Origin: Opitutales bacterium
GTDB taxonomy: Bacteria > Verrucomicrobiota > Verrucomicrobiia > Opitutales > PNEW01
NCBI GenBank assembly: GCA_965219535.1
Contig: CBDCNV010000002.1
Span: forward strand, 2,190,001 to 2,222,000
Direction: 5' to 3'
Length of the DNA: 32,000 bases
The notes beneath the pieces were generated by a model. That model was not told the origin of the DNA and ran no database searches. It saw only the letters and a list, made by a program, of their open reading frames with translations. Positions within the stretch are counted from its first letter, which is position 1, and the number at the start of each line of letters is the position of its first letter. This document shows, in pieces, positions 1 through 7,484 of this stretch. Both the position numbers and the translations under genes were made by a program.

Positions 1-943
1 GAGTCATCAAATCATAGCTGATATCGGCAGGAGTGCCACCGTAAGGATGAGAGCTGTGCTGATAGATTTCAGAGGGCGTGCTCATGGCAAGAGCCGCATG
101 GGGGCGTTCTTCATTGAAGGTCTTGCGCCACAGATCGAAGGCCACCTGTTGGGTGCGAAGATCGTCCTGGGCATGTTTTTGCAACTCCTCTTTGATATCG
201 CGATGGAGACGCTCATGGGCACCGTTATCCTGGGGTTTACCCGGACGTCCACGCTCGAGATTGATCCCTAAGGCCAGCCACCAGGCCGCCAGTTTGCTCA
301 GGCCCAGGACCGCATTGGCACTGGCAAAGGGACTGCCGTTGTCGCTGCGGATGCAAGCGGGAAGTCCATAGCGTTCAAAGAGTTTTGTGAAGCATTCACG
401 CACCGCTTCGCTACGGGCTGAACTGAGCACCCGCACCTCTAATACATAGCGGCTCCATTCATCCCGTACCGTCAAAGGTTCACAACGGTTGCCATCAACG
501 GTGTGCCACCACCCTTTGAAGTCTACGCTCCACACTTCGTTACAGCCACTGGCCTTGACGCTGCGGTAAAGGCGTCCGCTTTTTTGAGCGCTTCTGCGCC
601 GACGCTTTTGCACCAGTCCCGCACGTTCCAAGACCCGTTTCACGCTCGAGTCTGAGGGGGCCTTCCCGTAACGCCTCTGGTAAAGCTCGCGGATCTTGTA
701 GGGGCCCCACGTCGGGTGATGATGCTTGAGTTTGATCAGCGTACATACTACTGATTCGGATAGTTCCTGAACACTTCCATGCGGTCGGCGTGAGCGCTCG
801 TGCAACCCCTCCATCCCTTCGCTCAGGAAGCGCTTCTTCCATTTATACCCTGTCGGTCGGCTGATCCCGTAGTCTTCACACAGCTCGTTCATCTTTACTC
901 CCGGTTGCATCGATTCCAGGGCGAATTGGTATCTTTGGTCCAT
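1..943 (-). CDS. IS481-family DDE transposase (HTH + rve integrase core), C-terminus outside window
   Basis: My hand translation from the ATG at 943-941 is open to position 1; the ORF track omits it because there is no stop in the window. It reads MDQRYQFALESMQPGVKMNELCEDYGISRPTGYKWKKRF...WSVDFKG...IRSDNGSPF...GKPQDNGAHERLHRDIKEE...FNEERPHAAL. This gives an N-terminal HTH and the D, D, E motifs of an rve-type integrase. Confidence 0.85.
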   Translation of the reverse strand, partial: MDQRYQFALESMQPGVKMNELCEDYGISRPTGYKWKKRFLSEGMEGLHERSRRPHGSVQELSESVVCTLIKLKHHHPTWGPYKIRELYQRRYGKAPSDSSVKRVLERAGLVQKRRRRSAQKSGRLYRSVKASGCNEVWSVDFKGWWHTVDGNRCEPLTVRDEWSRYVLEVRVLSSARSEAVRECFTKLFERYGLPACIRSDNGSPFASANAVLGLSKLAAWWLALGINLERGRPGKPQDNGAHERLHRDIKEELQKHAQDDLRTQQVAFDLWRKTFNEERPHAALAMSTPSEIYQHSSHPYGGTPADISYDLMT

Positions 944-1005
944 TTTATTTGTTTCCTTCCATGACATCATACCCCTTACTTAGCATCCTTCTTTCTTTGG
1001 CAATC

Positions 1006-1050
1006 TGTAAAGGATGTCCTGAACCTTTTGTGTAAAGAATGTCTTGAACC
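1006..1050 (-). repeat. Tandem 20-nt direct repeats at the IS481 leader end (possible transposase-binding or terminal repeat)
   Basis: TGTAAAGGATGTCCTGAACC (1006-1025) and TGTAAAGAATGTCTTGAACC (1031-1050) are separated by 5 nt and match at 18 of 20 positions. Confidence 0.5.
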
Positions 1051-1253
1051 TATACCTCAGGGTCAAACGTAGAATTTAAATATACTCTGTAACGGGTCTC
1101 AGTAGTCGATTGATTCATGATGCATGCTGCAGTATTCAGGATGTCATGGGGTAGGGGGTCGGATTGCAGAATGTACGAAACCGACATTCCCCTGGAGTGG
1201 AAGATGTCGCTGCGCTCGGTAGCCACGGCTGACAAGCAGCCTAGCGATGACAA
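1050..1253 (-). pseudogene. Truncated, degenerate copy of the GIY-YIG repeat element (one long arm plus decayed gene relic)
   Basis: The reverse complement from 1253 reads TTGTCATCGCTAGG...GGCTACCGAGCGCAGCGACATCTTCCACTCCAGGGGAATGTCGGTTTCGTAC, which is the same long left-type arm seen in the other copies. The following frame (..SVSYILQSDP...TRYRVYLNSTFD..) weakly recalls the GIY-YIG N-terminus (YVYILTS...TKKY..LVYHESFYD). No second arm is present and the element ends at the IS481 boundary. Confidence 0.5.
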
Positions 1254-1282
1254 GGTATTTCAATCGAAAAACGGCAATCGTA

Positions 1283-2989
1283 TCATTCTATTGTCACTTC
1301 TTCAGTTGTCACCGCGATATCATCCCCATCCTCGTTGGAGAAGGTAGCGTCAATGCTCAGGGTCGGTTGAGGCGTTTCGTCAGACTTGAAATTGTTCTGT
1401 GTGATCAGAGTCTCAAATCCCGGTGTTGTCGATCCACTCTCCGCCACGACGATCGAAGCGCCATTCGTCTGCAACAGGTCTCCACCCGTGATGCGCAAAC
1501 CGGGGTTGCCCGCCGGTACCGTGAAGGACCCGTTTCCGAACAGCAGGTGCGGCACCGCATCGCCGTCGGCGTCGATGTCGCCCACCGTTAATCGTACCGC
1601 GATCGGTACGCCACGCGCATCGAAGCCGACCTTGCCGGTGCTTCCACTGAACACGGCATTCGATAACTGTACCCCTCCCAGGCCCGTGGAGTTGACTACT
1701 TCCACGAGGGCCACATCGGCCTGGGCGTCATAGACCTGTCCTTCGGGGAACAGCGCCTGGTTAAAGGCGTTGATCCTGCCCACCGTGAAAATGCTGAAGA
1801 AGGTATTGGCGTCAGCTCCATCGATGACCACACTCGGCTTGCCCGTCACATACTCAACGGCCTGGTTGTAGCGTGGAGGGACAGCCGGGGGCAGGAAGGT
1901 GGCCGGGTCCAGGGTTACGGTAAAGGTACCGTTACCTGAGAACTCTACCTGCACAATGTCCTCGTTTTCGTCCATGAAGGAAACACGGGTGATCTGTCCC
2001 GGTTTGGCCTGGAGTTGGACGGACTCTCCGGTGAGTAGTATCTGGTCGAAGACGTTGCCGTTGGCATGCTGAATGTCTTCACCCGCGATATCGCCCGAGC
2101 CGTCGAGGACGAGGGGCACTGAAGGTGCTGCTACCGTGACGACGGCCGTATCGCTGTTGGCGCTCCCTCCGGCGTTCGTTACCTGCACCCAGAAATTCGT
2201 GCTCGCGGTGAGTGCACCCGTGGTCAAGGTATTCGACGTAGCTCCGGCGATGGGATGATTAGCAGAGTCGCCGCTATTGCCTTCATACCACTGGTAAGTG
2301 AGATCGTCGCCGCTGGCTTCAACTGACAAAACGACAGCGGTCCCCGACTGCACTTCCTGGTTCGTGGGTTGGGTAGTGATAGAGGGAGCATCCGCGGGTG
2401 GCGGTGCTGAGGTATCAGTGCCCGGTGCGCCAATAGGAGTAAAACCGAAATCATCGAAGACTGTTGCGCTTCTCGCTATATTTACATTGGGATTGTCCTT
2501 AACAATCAGTCTGCCAATGCCGCCTGGAGCTCCCAACTCTACCGTATTGATTGTAGTTTGACGGGGTTTGAATAAAGCATCAAGAGCCCCAGCACTTTCC
2601 AAGTCCGAAAAGGTAGCAAGAAGGTTATCATTAGTATCGTAAACTTCGATTGTTCCGTCGGGGTCAGTAGTGCCAGTCAAAACAATGGCTGCGGCGAAAA
2701 CATCGATCTCAAATGCCGGGGTTTCAAAAGTGACCGTGAAGCTTTCTCCGTTAGCAATCCCATAGGATTGAAGTCCCGATCGCGTTGGATTATTTGCGGC
2801 AGATAAAATCGAGCCCCCAACAAAAGTAGCTCTAATAGGTGATTCCCCAACAATAATGGGTGCCGTTATACCTGCACCCACACTAAAATCCTCAAAAGTA
2901 GTGAATACGGTGTTATTGGACGGTCTTTTCGTTATGGTGAAACCCAGATCGTCAAGGGAGAATTTTCCTGAAACATTTTTGATTGATCG
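1283..2989 (-). pseudogene. C-terminal part of a secreted Ig-like-domain surface protein gene, separated from its 5' end by an IS3 insertion
   Basis: The track ORF is 1283..2881 (532 aa, GVG start), but the frame stays open upstream to the IS3 boundary at 2989. It contains an Ig-like repeat (ITTQPTNQEVQSGTAVVLSVEASGDDLTYQWYEGNSG...FWVQVTNAGGSANSDTAVVTV). It also contains F(T/D)DFE/G motifs shared with the 4282-4521 fragment. Confidence 0.7.
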
Positions 2990-3010
2990 GACCCCGTTTT
3001 TCGTACCAAT

Positions 3011-3934
3011 TTAAGTGAGAGAGTTACCGGGTGTTAATGGTTTTAGGATTGATGTATATGAGAGATCTTGGCGAAGTGAGGGCGTAGCCCGAACGCGGCC
3101 AAGATCGGAAAGGAATCTGACAAACTCTTGTGGGCTTTTGAAGCCTAAACGACTGTGGGGATGTTCATGGTTATAGGTCTGACGCCATTGTTCGATTACC
3201 ACTTGCGCTTCAGCCACGCTGAGTAACACTTCACGGTTCAAACACTCATCGCGTAAGCGGTTGTGAAACGACTCGATGAAACCGTTTTGCCAGGGACTGC
3301 CCGGATCGATATAGATCGCCTTTATGTTATTACCGGACAACCACTGCTGCACTTGATGAGCAATGAACTCACTGCCGTTGTCACTACGGATATAGCTGGG
3401 AGGTCCCTCCTCTTCAATGGCCTCGCTAAGCACAGAGAGGACATCGGTTGAGGTGAGTTGACGAGCGACCCGGATATCCAGGCATTTACGCGTATATTCA
3501 TCGATTAGAGTCATCATCTTTAATGGACCGCCGTTGTCTGTACGATCATGGACAAAGTCCCAGGACCAAACGTGATTGCGACCCTTTGCTTTAGTAGGTG
3601 ACCCCGTAGAGACTCCTTGACGGTGTCTGCCCTTTTTCGGGGGCTTTACCTGCAGCCCTTCTGAACGTCGTACCGCCTGGACAAACTTCCTGCTTGTTGT
3701 CCAGCCTTCCTTTACCAGCAAGGCACGGATGCGCCGGTAACCGTAGCGGGGATGTTTCCAGGACAAGCTCACAATCCGCTCGACCAACCGCTGAGCTTTC
3801 TCACTGGCCTGTTTGGGCCGGTAACTGAACGTTGACCAACTCAGGCTGAGATAAGCACAAGCCCTCCGCAACGAGCACAACCCTTTCTCAGCCGCAGCTT
3901 TTACTACTCGTTTCTTCTGCTTTGGGCTCACCAT
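3011..3934 (-). CDS. IS3-family transposase OrfB (DDE, rve domain)
   Basis: This 307-aa ORF has WSWDFV, IRSDNGSEF and WQNGFIESFHNRLRDE motifs plus the conserved RRACAYLSLSWSTFSYRPK N-terminal segment. Its frame is open upstream of the ATG, as expected for an OrfAB fusion. Confidence 0.9.
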   Translation of the reverse strand: MVSPKQKKRVVKAAAEKGLCSLRRACAYLSLSWSTFSYRPKQASEKAQRLVERIVSLSWKHPRYGYRRIRALLVKEGWTTSRKFVQAVRRSEGLQVKPPKKGRHRQGVSTGSPTKAKGRNHVWSWDFVHDRTDNGGPLKMMTLIDEYTRKCLDIRVARQLTSTDVLSVLSEAIEEEGPPSYIRSDNGSEFIAHQVQQWLSGNNIKAIYIDPGSPWQNGFIESFHNRLRDECLNREVLLSVAEAQVVIEQWRQTYNHEHPHSRLGFKSPQEFVRFLSDLGRVRATPSLRQDLSYTSILKPLTPGNSLT

Positions 3935-3940
3935 TTTTTT
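3934..3940 (-). promoter_or_regulatory. A AAA AAA slippery heptamer for programmed -1 frameshifting (orfA to orfB)
   Basis: The minus strand reads ..GAAACGCTGTCAAAAAAATGGTGA. The orfA-frame tail ends ..LSKKW*, and the -1 frame continues KKMVSPKQKK into OrfB. This layout is standard for IS3. Confidence 0.6.
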
Positions 3941-4008
3941 GACAGCGTTTCCTCCATTACCTGATTCTTGAGCATTTGATCTGCGAGCAGCTTCTTCAGC
4001 TCGGTATG

Positions 4009-4221
4009 TCAGGCCTTCTCGCTTGCGCTCGTGAATTCTTTTTCCAGCTCTTTAAATCGCTTCGCATCGGCAAGTTCTAAATTGCCATATTTTTTACGCC
4101 AGCGATAGAAAGTCTGTTCGCTCAGGTTGTTTCCACGGCAGATTTCCTGTACCGTTTTACCGGTATCGGCTTGCCGCAATATTGTTATAATCTGTTCTGT
4201 TGTGTATCTTTTTCTTTTCAT
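4009..4221 (-). CDS. IS3-family OrfA (HTH), prematurely terminated by an in-frame TGA
   Basis: The 70-aa product reads MKRKRYTTEQIITILRQADTGKTVQEICRGNNLSEQTFYRWRKKYG. A TGA at 4009-4011 is followed in the same frame by HTELKKLLADQMLKNQVMEETLSKKW*, which is the normal leucine-zipper tail that leads into the slippery site. Confidence 0.8.
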   Translation of the reverse strand: MKRKRYTTEQIITILRQADTGKTVQEICRGNNLSEQTFYRWRKKYGNLELADAKRFKELEKEFTSASEKA

Positions 4222-4281
4222 TGAGGTTATCTGTTTATCCCGATAACCTCTCTCTGTAAATGATACGATTTTTGGGGGTCA

Positions 4282-4521
4282 CTCCACGAGGGTTATCGCT
4301 TTGGTTCCCGAGTGTAAGAGCGCTGGATCTTCTAAAGTTTCTACTGTGAAACCGACTAATTTTACCCTGTTTGGCTCTTCCCCAATGAAAAATTCACCTT
4401 CCCCGCTGATATCCTCAAAATCCGTGAATACCTCGAGGTCTTGCGGTAGAGCTGAGAGCAGAAACGGTAAGATTAATGCACTTAACAAGAGCAAAAAAGA
4501 AATGTGATTTCTAAAGTACAT
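4282..4521 (-). pseudogene. N-terminal fragment (signal peptide plus first module) of the IS3-disrupted surface protein gene
   Basis: The fragment reads MYFRNHISFLLLLSALILPFLLSALPQDLEVFTDFEDISGEGEFF..., a signal-peptide-like start. The ORF runs straight into the IS3 end, and its stop (4279-4281) is supplied by the IS terminus. The FTDFED motif recurs as FTTFEDF and VFDDFGF in 1283-2989. Confidence 0.65.
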
Positions 4522-4584
4522 ATAAGATTCCTCAATGAATAAATTAAAGAGAAATCCGTTAGGGTCAAACGGGATTGAACTTTC

Positions 4585-4835
4585 TTGTCATTGCGAGGAG
4601 CAACACGACGAAGCTACCGAGCGCAGCGACATCTTACACTCCAGGTGAATGTCTGTTGTATGAAGTAGGTCCCTTGGTGTTAGGATTAATTCTCAACCGA
4701 TCGTATACTTAATTTTGAGACGAACCCTCATTGGATAGATTTGAGCGGAAATTGGTTTTCGTAGGCATAATGACTATTTGCCTGGAATGGAAGATGTCGC
4801 TGTGCTCGGTAGCCGCGCTTCGCTCGCAATGACAA
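4585..4835 (+). repeat. Miniature copy (251 bp) of the GIY-YIG element: two long inverted arms around a decayed, internally deleted gene relic
   Basis: The left arm is TTGTCATTGCGAGGAGCAACACGACGAAGCTACCGAGCGCAGCGACATCTTACACTCCAGGTGAATGTC. The right arm, read as reverse complement from 4835, is TTGTCATTGCGAGCGAAGCGCGGCTACCGAGCACAGCGACATCTTCCATTCCAGGCAAATAGTCATT. The interior segment 4730-4787 aligns to 24531-24588, the 3' end of the intact gene plus its right arm. Confidence 0.85.
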
Positions 4836-4990
4836 AAGGAATATTACGAAAATTAGTATTATTTATGATATCCGCTAGGAAAAATCGCTTCCTCCCACGA
4901 GTGATAAGGACCCACTCTCGGAAGCGTCTTTTCCACGAAACATATCACGGGATAACATACAAGGGCGAAGCCCGACATCTTCCAAATCAG

Positions 4991-6058
4991 CTACCGAGGC
5001 GAAGCTCGACATCCCTCATTGTCTATCTCCTGCAACTTGAACCGGACACTCACCACAGACTGCTTTTCCGGTCCCGGTCTGTACTTGATATAGGTCGTGG
5101 CTACCAAGGTGTCGTCGGGCAAGAGCTCCAACCCCGGGTATCCACAGTCGTGCGCCTTTTCTTCATCGTAACTGTGCAGTAGTTTGATGCGATACTGACC
5201 CTCCCGACAGTTGCGCAGGTCTTGATACGTACCCACCCAGGCTACAAAATGTCCCCAGGTCGGGCTATTGGCAGTCCTGTCTCGAAAGCAAATGACGAGA
5301 CGACCGTCCGAGGCGTAGCGCGGTTGGTGGCGGTCGCCCGTGATCGTGCGGTTGAGCTCCACGGGGGGAGTCCACGATTCTCCTTCATCATCGCTGAACA
5401 TAGCGAGCGAGCGGCATTTCATGCTGCCGTTAACCCGCAACACACAGGTAATTTCACTCCCCTCGGGTGAGCGTACGAACGCAGGTTCGCACGGCTTTGA
5501 ATCAGGAAATTCCCCGCCGCTCGTGAGAAGCAATCGCTCTGGTCCCCAGGTCAGCCCTCCATTCTCTGAGATGCTCAGAAAAGTTGAGCCATCTCGATTC
5601 CAGGCACCCAACAATCGGTCTTGAGAAATCTCTATAACCGTCGTGAAGGGCATGGTTGTTTTCAGCCCATTTTCTTCGAATGGTGTCCATGTCTGACCCG
5701 CATCTACCGACATGGCTTGACGCATTTTACCCTCGCCCTCAAAAATGAAGAGCCGTTCAACATTGTCCGGTCCAACAAAACGGTAGAGGGCAGGGCAATT
5801 GTTCGCAGTAATCCAGTTCTCCGGGACGGGCAGTGGATCTGTCCATATCATTCCGCCATCGTCACTGCGACAGAGCACAGCAGACGGTCTCCCGTGTCCT
5901 AATGGGTACACACAATAGATTGTCTTTCCATCTGGCATCAAAAGGGTAGTTGGATGTCCCTTGTAACTTTCACTCGTGCCCTGCGCTACTATTACGTGAC
6001 GCCTCGTTTCATGGGAGATATCGATCATAGGAATATTGAAGGGTATAGTTTCCGTCAT
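4991..6058 (-). CDS. BNR/Asp-box repeat protein (sialidase-like beta-propeller glycosidase family)
   Basis: Four Asp-box motifs are present: SDDGGMIWT, SVDAGQTWT, SENGGLTWG and SDDEGESWT. The track ORF starts at a TTG (6094). I prefer the ATG at 6058, which is preceded by GAGAGGAG. No signal peptide is seen. Confidence 0.8.
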   Translation of the reverse strand: MTETIPFNIPMIDISHETRRHVIVAQGTSESYKGHPTTLLMPDGKTIYCVYPLGHGRPSAVLCRSDDGGMIWTDPLPVPENWITANNCPALYRFVGPDNVERLFIFEGEGKMRQAMSVDAGQTWTPFEENGLKTTMPFTTVIEISQDRLLGAWNRDGSTFLSISENGGLTWGPERLLLTSGGEFPDSKPCEPAFVRSPEGSEITCVLRVNGSMKCRSLAMFSDDEGESWTPPVELNRTITGDRHQPRYASDGRLVICFRDRTANSPTWGHFVAWVGTYQDLRNCREGQYRIKLLHSYDEEKAHDCGYPGLELLPDDTLVATTYIKYRPGPEKQSVVSVRFKLQEIDNEGCRASPR

Positions 6059-6183
6059 TTGAATCTCCTCTCTCTTAAACAACTTCGGTTCCAATATTCA
6101 GTCTGCATAATATTGGGGAAAAGAAATTGAACCTTGAATCCGGTTGGGGCTTTCTCAGCATTTCATGCCAGTGGAAATTGCAC

Positions 6184-7020
6184 CTAATTCCCTTTGGGGG
6201 ATTGAGCCACGAGATTGTAATAAACACTTTCGCCGCATTTAAGTTTTAAATAGGGGTAACTTCTCGTAGTACCTGCAAAGAATTCTGCGGCTTTTCTAAA
6301 AGGAGTGGGTACTGTCTCATTGATCTTGCGCATTTTACGTTCATCGTCCTGATGCATCGCAGCCATTACACGATCAGTTATCATCTCCTCACTTTTAATC
6401 GTCATTCCCACCTCATCCAATAATTTCAGTATTATTTCGTAGACTACCTGTTCGATAACATCTGAAACGATAAAATAACCTCCGGGTTTGAGCACGCGCA
6501 TCATTTCATGGATAAAGGCTATTCTATCGGGCAATGCGTGAAAAGATTCGACACTCATAACGACATCGAAACTGTGTTCTTCAAATGGCATCTCAAGCGC
6601 ATTCCCGGTAATAAATTTTAAACCTGGAGCTTGGTAAATTCGATTACAAAAATTTACTCCGTTCCGCGTTAATTCAAGGCCAGTCATTGAATGCGGGTTG
6701 TGGTAGCGATGGACAAAGGAAGCTCCACCGCCACGGCCTGAACCCACTTCGAGAACATCTAAGCCTTGGAGCGTTAATTTAGAAGCTGTATAATGATAAA
6801 GAGAAAGCGCCAGTCGTTCACTTTCTTCTTCTGGTTCGAGGGGGGGTGAATCGGATTCGTTCAATGGAAGGTATCCATAATTAATACACCTCCAATCCGA
6901 ATGCTTCCGGTAGAGAAAATTGAGCATTTCGTAATAAATACGCGTGTAGTATCTCCATTTTCTTATCTTCCGATAACTGCGGACATAAAAGTTATTTCTT
7001 TTTAATTCGAGTTCCGTCAT
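6184..7020 (-). CDS. Class I SAM-dependent methyltransferase
   Basis: This 278-aa ORF has motif I (VLEVGSGRGGGA) and the post-motif VLKPGGYFIVSD. The substrate is unknown. Confidence 0.8.
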   Translation of the reverse strand: MTELELKRNNFYVRSYRKIRKWRYYTRIYYEMLNFLYRKHSDWRCINYGYLPLNESDSPPLEPEEESERLALSLYHYTASKLTLQGLDVLEVGSGRGGGASFVHRYHNPHSMTGLELTRNGVNFCNRIYQAPGLKFITGNALEMPFEEHSFDVVMSVESFHALPDRIAFIHEMMRVLKPGGYFIVSDVIEQVVYEIILKLLDEVGMTIKSEEMITDRVMAAMHQDDERKMRKINETVPTPFRKAAEFFAGTTRSYPYLKLKCGESVYYNLVAQSPKGN

Positions 7021-7289
7021 GAGCTATAAATATCAAATAATTTCCCTAAAGGATAAAGAATTCAGGATGCTTCAAGAGGATTATTAATGATACATTAATT
7101 AGTCAGCCACCTGTCCGTAATAATTTATGTGAGAAAGGTTTTATCTATCAATTGCTTGTTGTAATTATGCAGACGGGGTGGTGCAGTGATAGCCCTGGTA
7201 TTTTTTAAATAGGGGTCAGACCTTAAGTGCACGCTCTCTAGTGGGCCGATCAGAGAGACAATAATTATCGATCGCAATCACTATGCTGC

Positions 7290-7478
7290 TCAGACCCGAT
7301 CTTGTTCCAGGCAAACCGGACTTGCTTCCTTTTTTTCTTCACTGTCATTTCCACAAATTGCACAATTTCCGACTCCGCCACAACTACCTTTAAGGCGGCG
7401 TTTACCAAAGATAACACCGACCGCCATAGCGATAAAAAAGAAGCCAAAGAAAGCCAGAGTAATGAAGAAAAGATTCAT
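7290..7478 (-). CDS. nqrM: (Na+)-NQR maturation protein NqrM
   Basis: The 62-aa product has one N-terminal transmembrane helix followed by the cysteine cluster GSCGGVGNCAICG. It lies immediately downstream of apbE in the nqr cluster. Confidence 0.8.
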   Translation of the reverse strand: MNLFFITLAFFGFFFIAMAVGVIFGKRRLKGSCGGVGNCAICGNDSEEKKEASPVCLEQDRV

Positions 7479-7484
7479 TAGTTT

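Larger units (their letters stand above)
1..1050 (-). mobile_element. IS481-family insertion sequence, partial (continues beyond left edge)
   Basis: A single long transposase ORF with no frameshift is followed by about 100 nt of 5' leader. The leader ends in two tandem 20-nt subterminal repeats at 1006-1025 and 1031-1050. GC is about 55%, above most sampled backbone lines. The other end lies outside the window, so the boundary at about 1050 is inferred. Confidence 0.7.
2990..4281 (-). mobile_element. IS3-family insertion sequence (about 1.29 kb)
   Basis: It has orfA and orfB with an A7 slippery site. The imperfect terminal IRs are GACCCCGTTTTTCGTACCAATTTAAGTGAGAGAGTTACCGGG (2990-3031) and the reverse complement of 4239-4280, GACCCCCAAAAATCGTATCATTTACAGAGAGAGGTTATCGGG, matching at about 32 of 42 positions by hand alignment. 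Boundaries are uncertain by 1-3 nt, and I could not see a clear target duplication. Confidence 0.85.

Noticed and set aside
4009-4011. The TGA inside IS3 orfA might be a recoded (Sec/Trp/Gly) codon.
   Set aside because: Other well-supported genes in the window terminate on TGA, and no SECIS-like hairpin follows. Inactivation or low-level readthrough is more parsimonious.
4561-4571. The 11-mer AGGGTCAAACG is shared with 1060-1070 and might be part of the repeat family.
   Set aside because: It lies outside the arm in one case and inside the element in the other. Exact 11-mer matches are expected by chance many times in a 32-kb window when both strands are considered.
7160-7215. A G-rich segment followed by a T-run (..CCCTGGTATTTTTTAA) downstream of nqrM might be a terminator.
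   Set aside because: The T-run is on the plus strand, where no upstream gene ends. No convincing stem precedes it on the minus strand. The alternative CTCTCT..AGAGAG stem at 7236-7259 has a 12-nt loop and is also weak.
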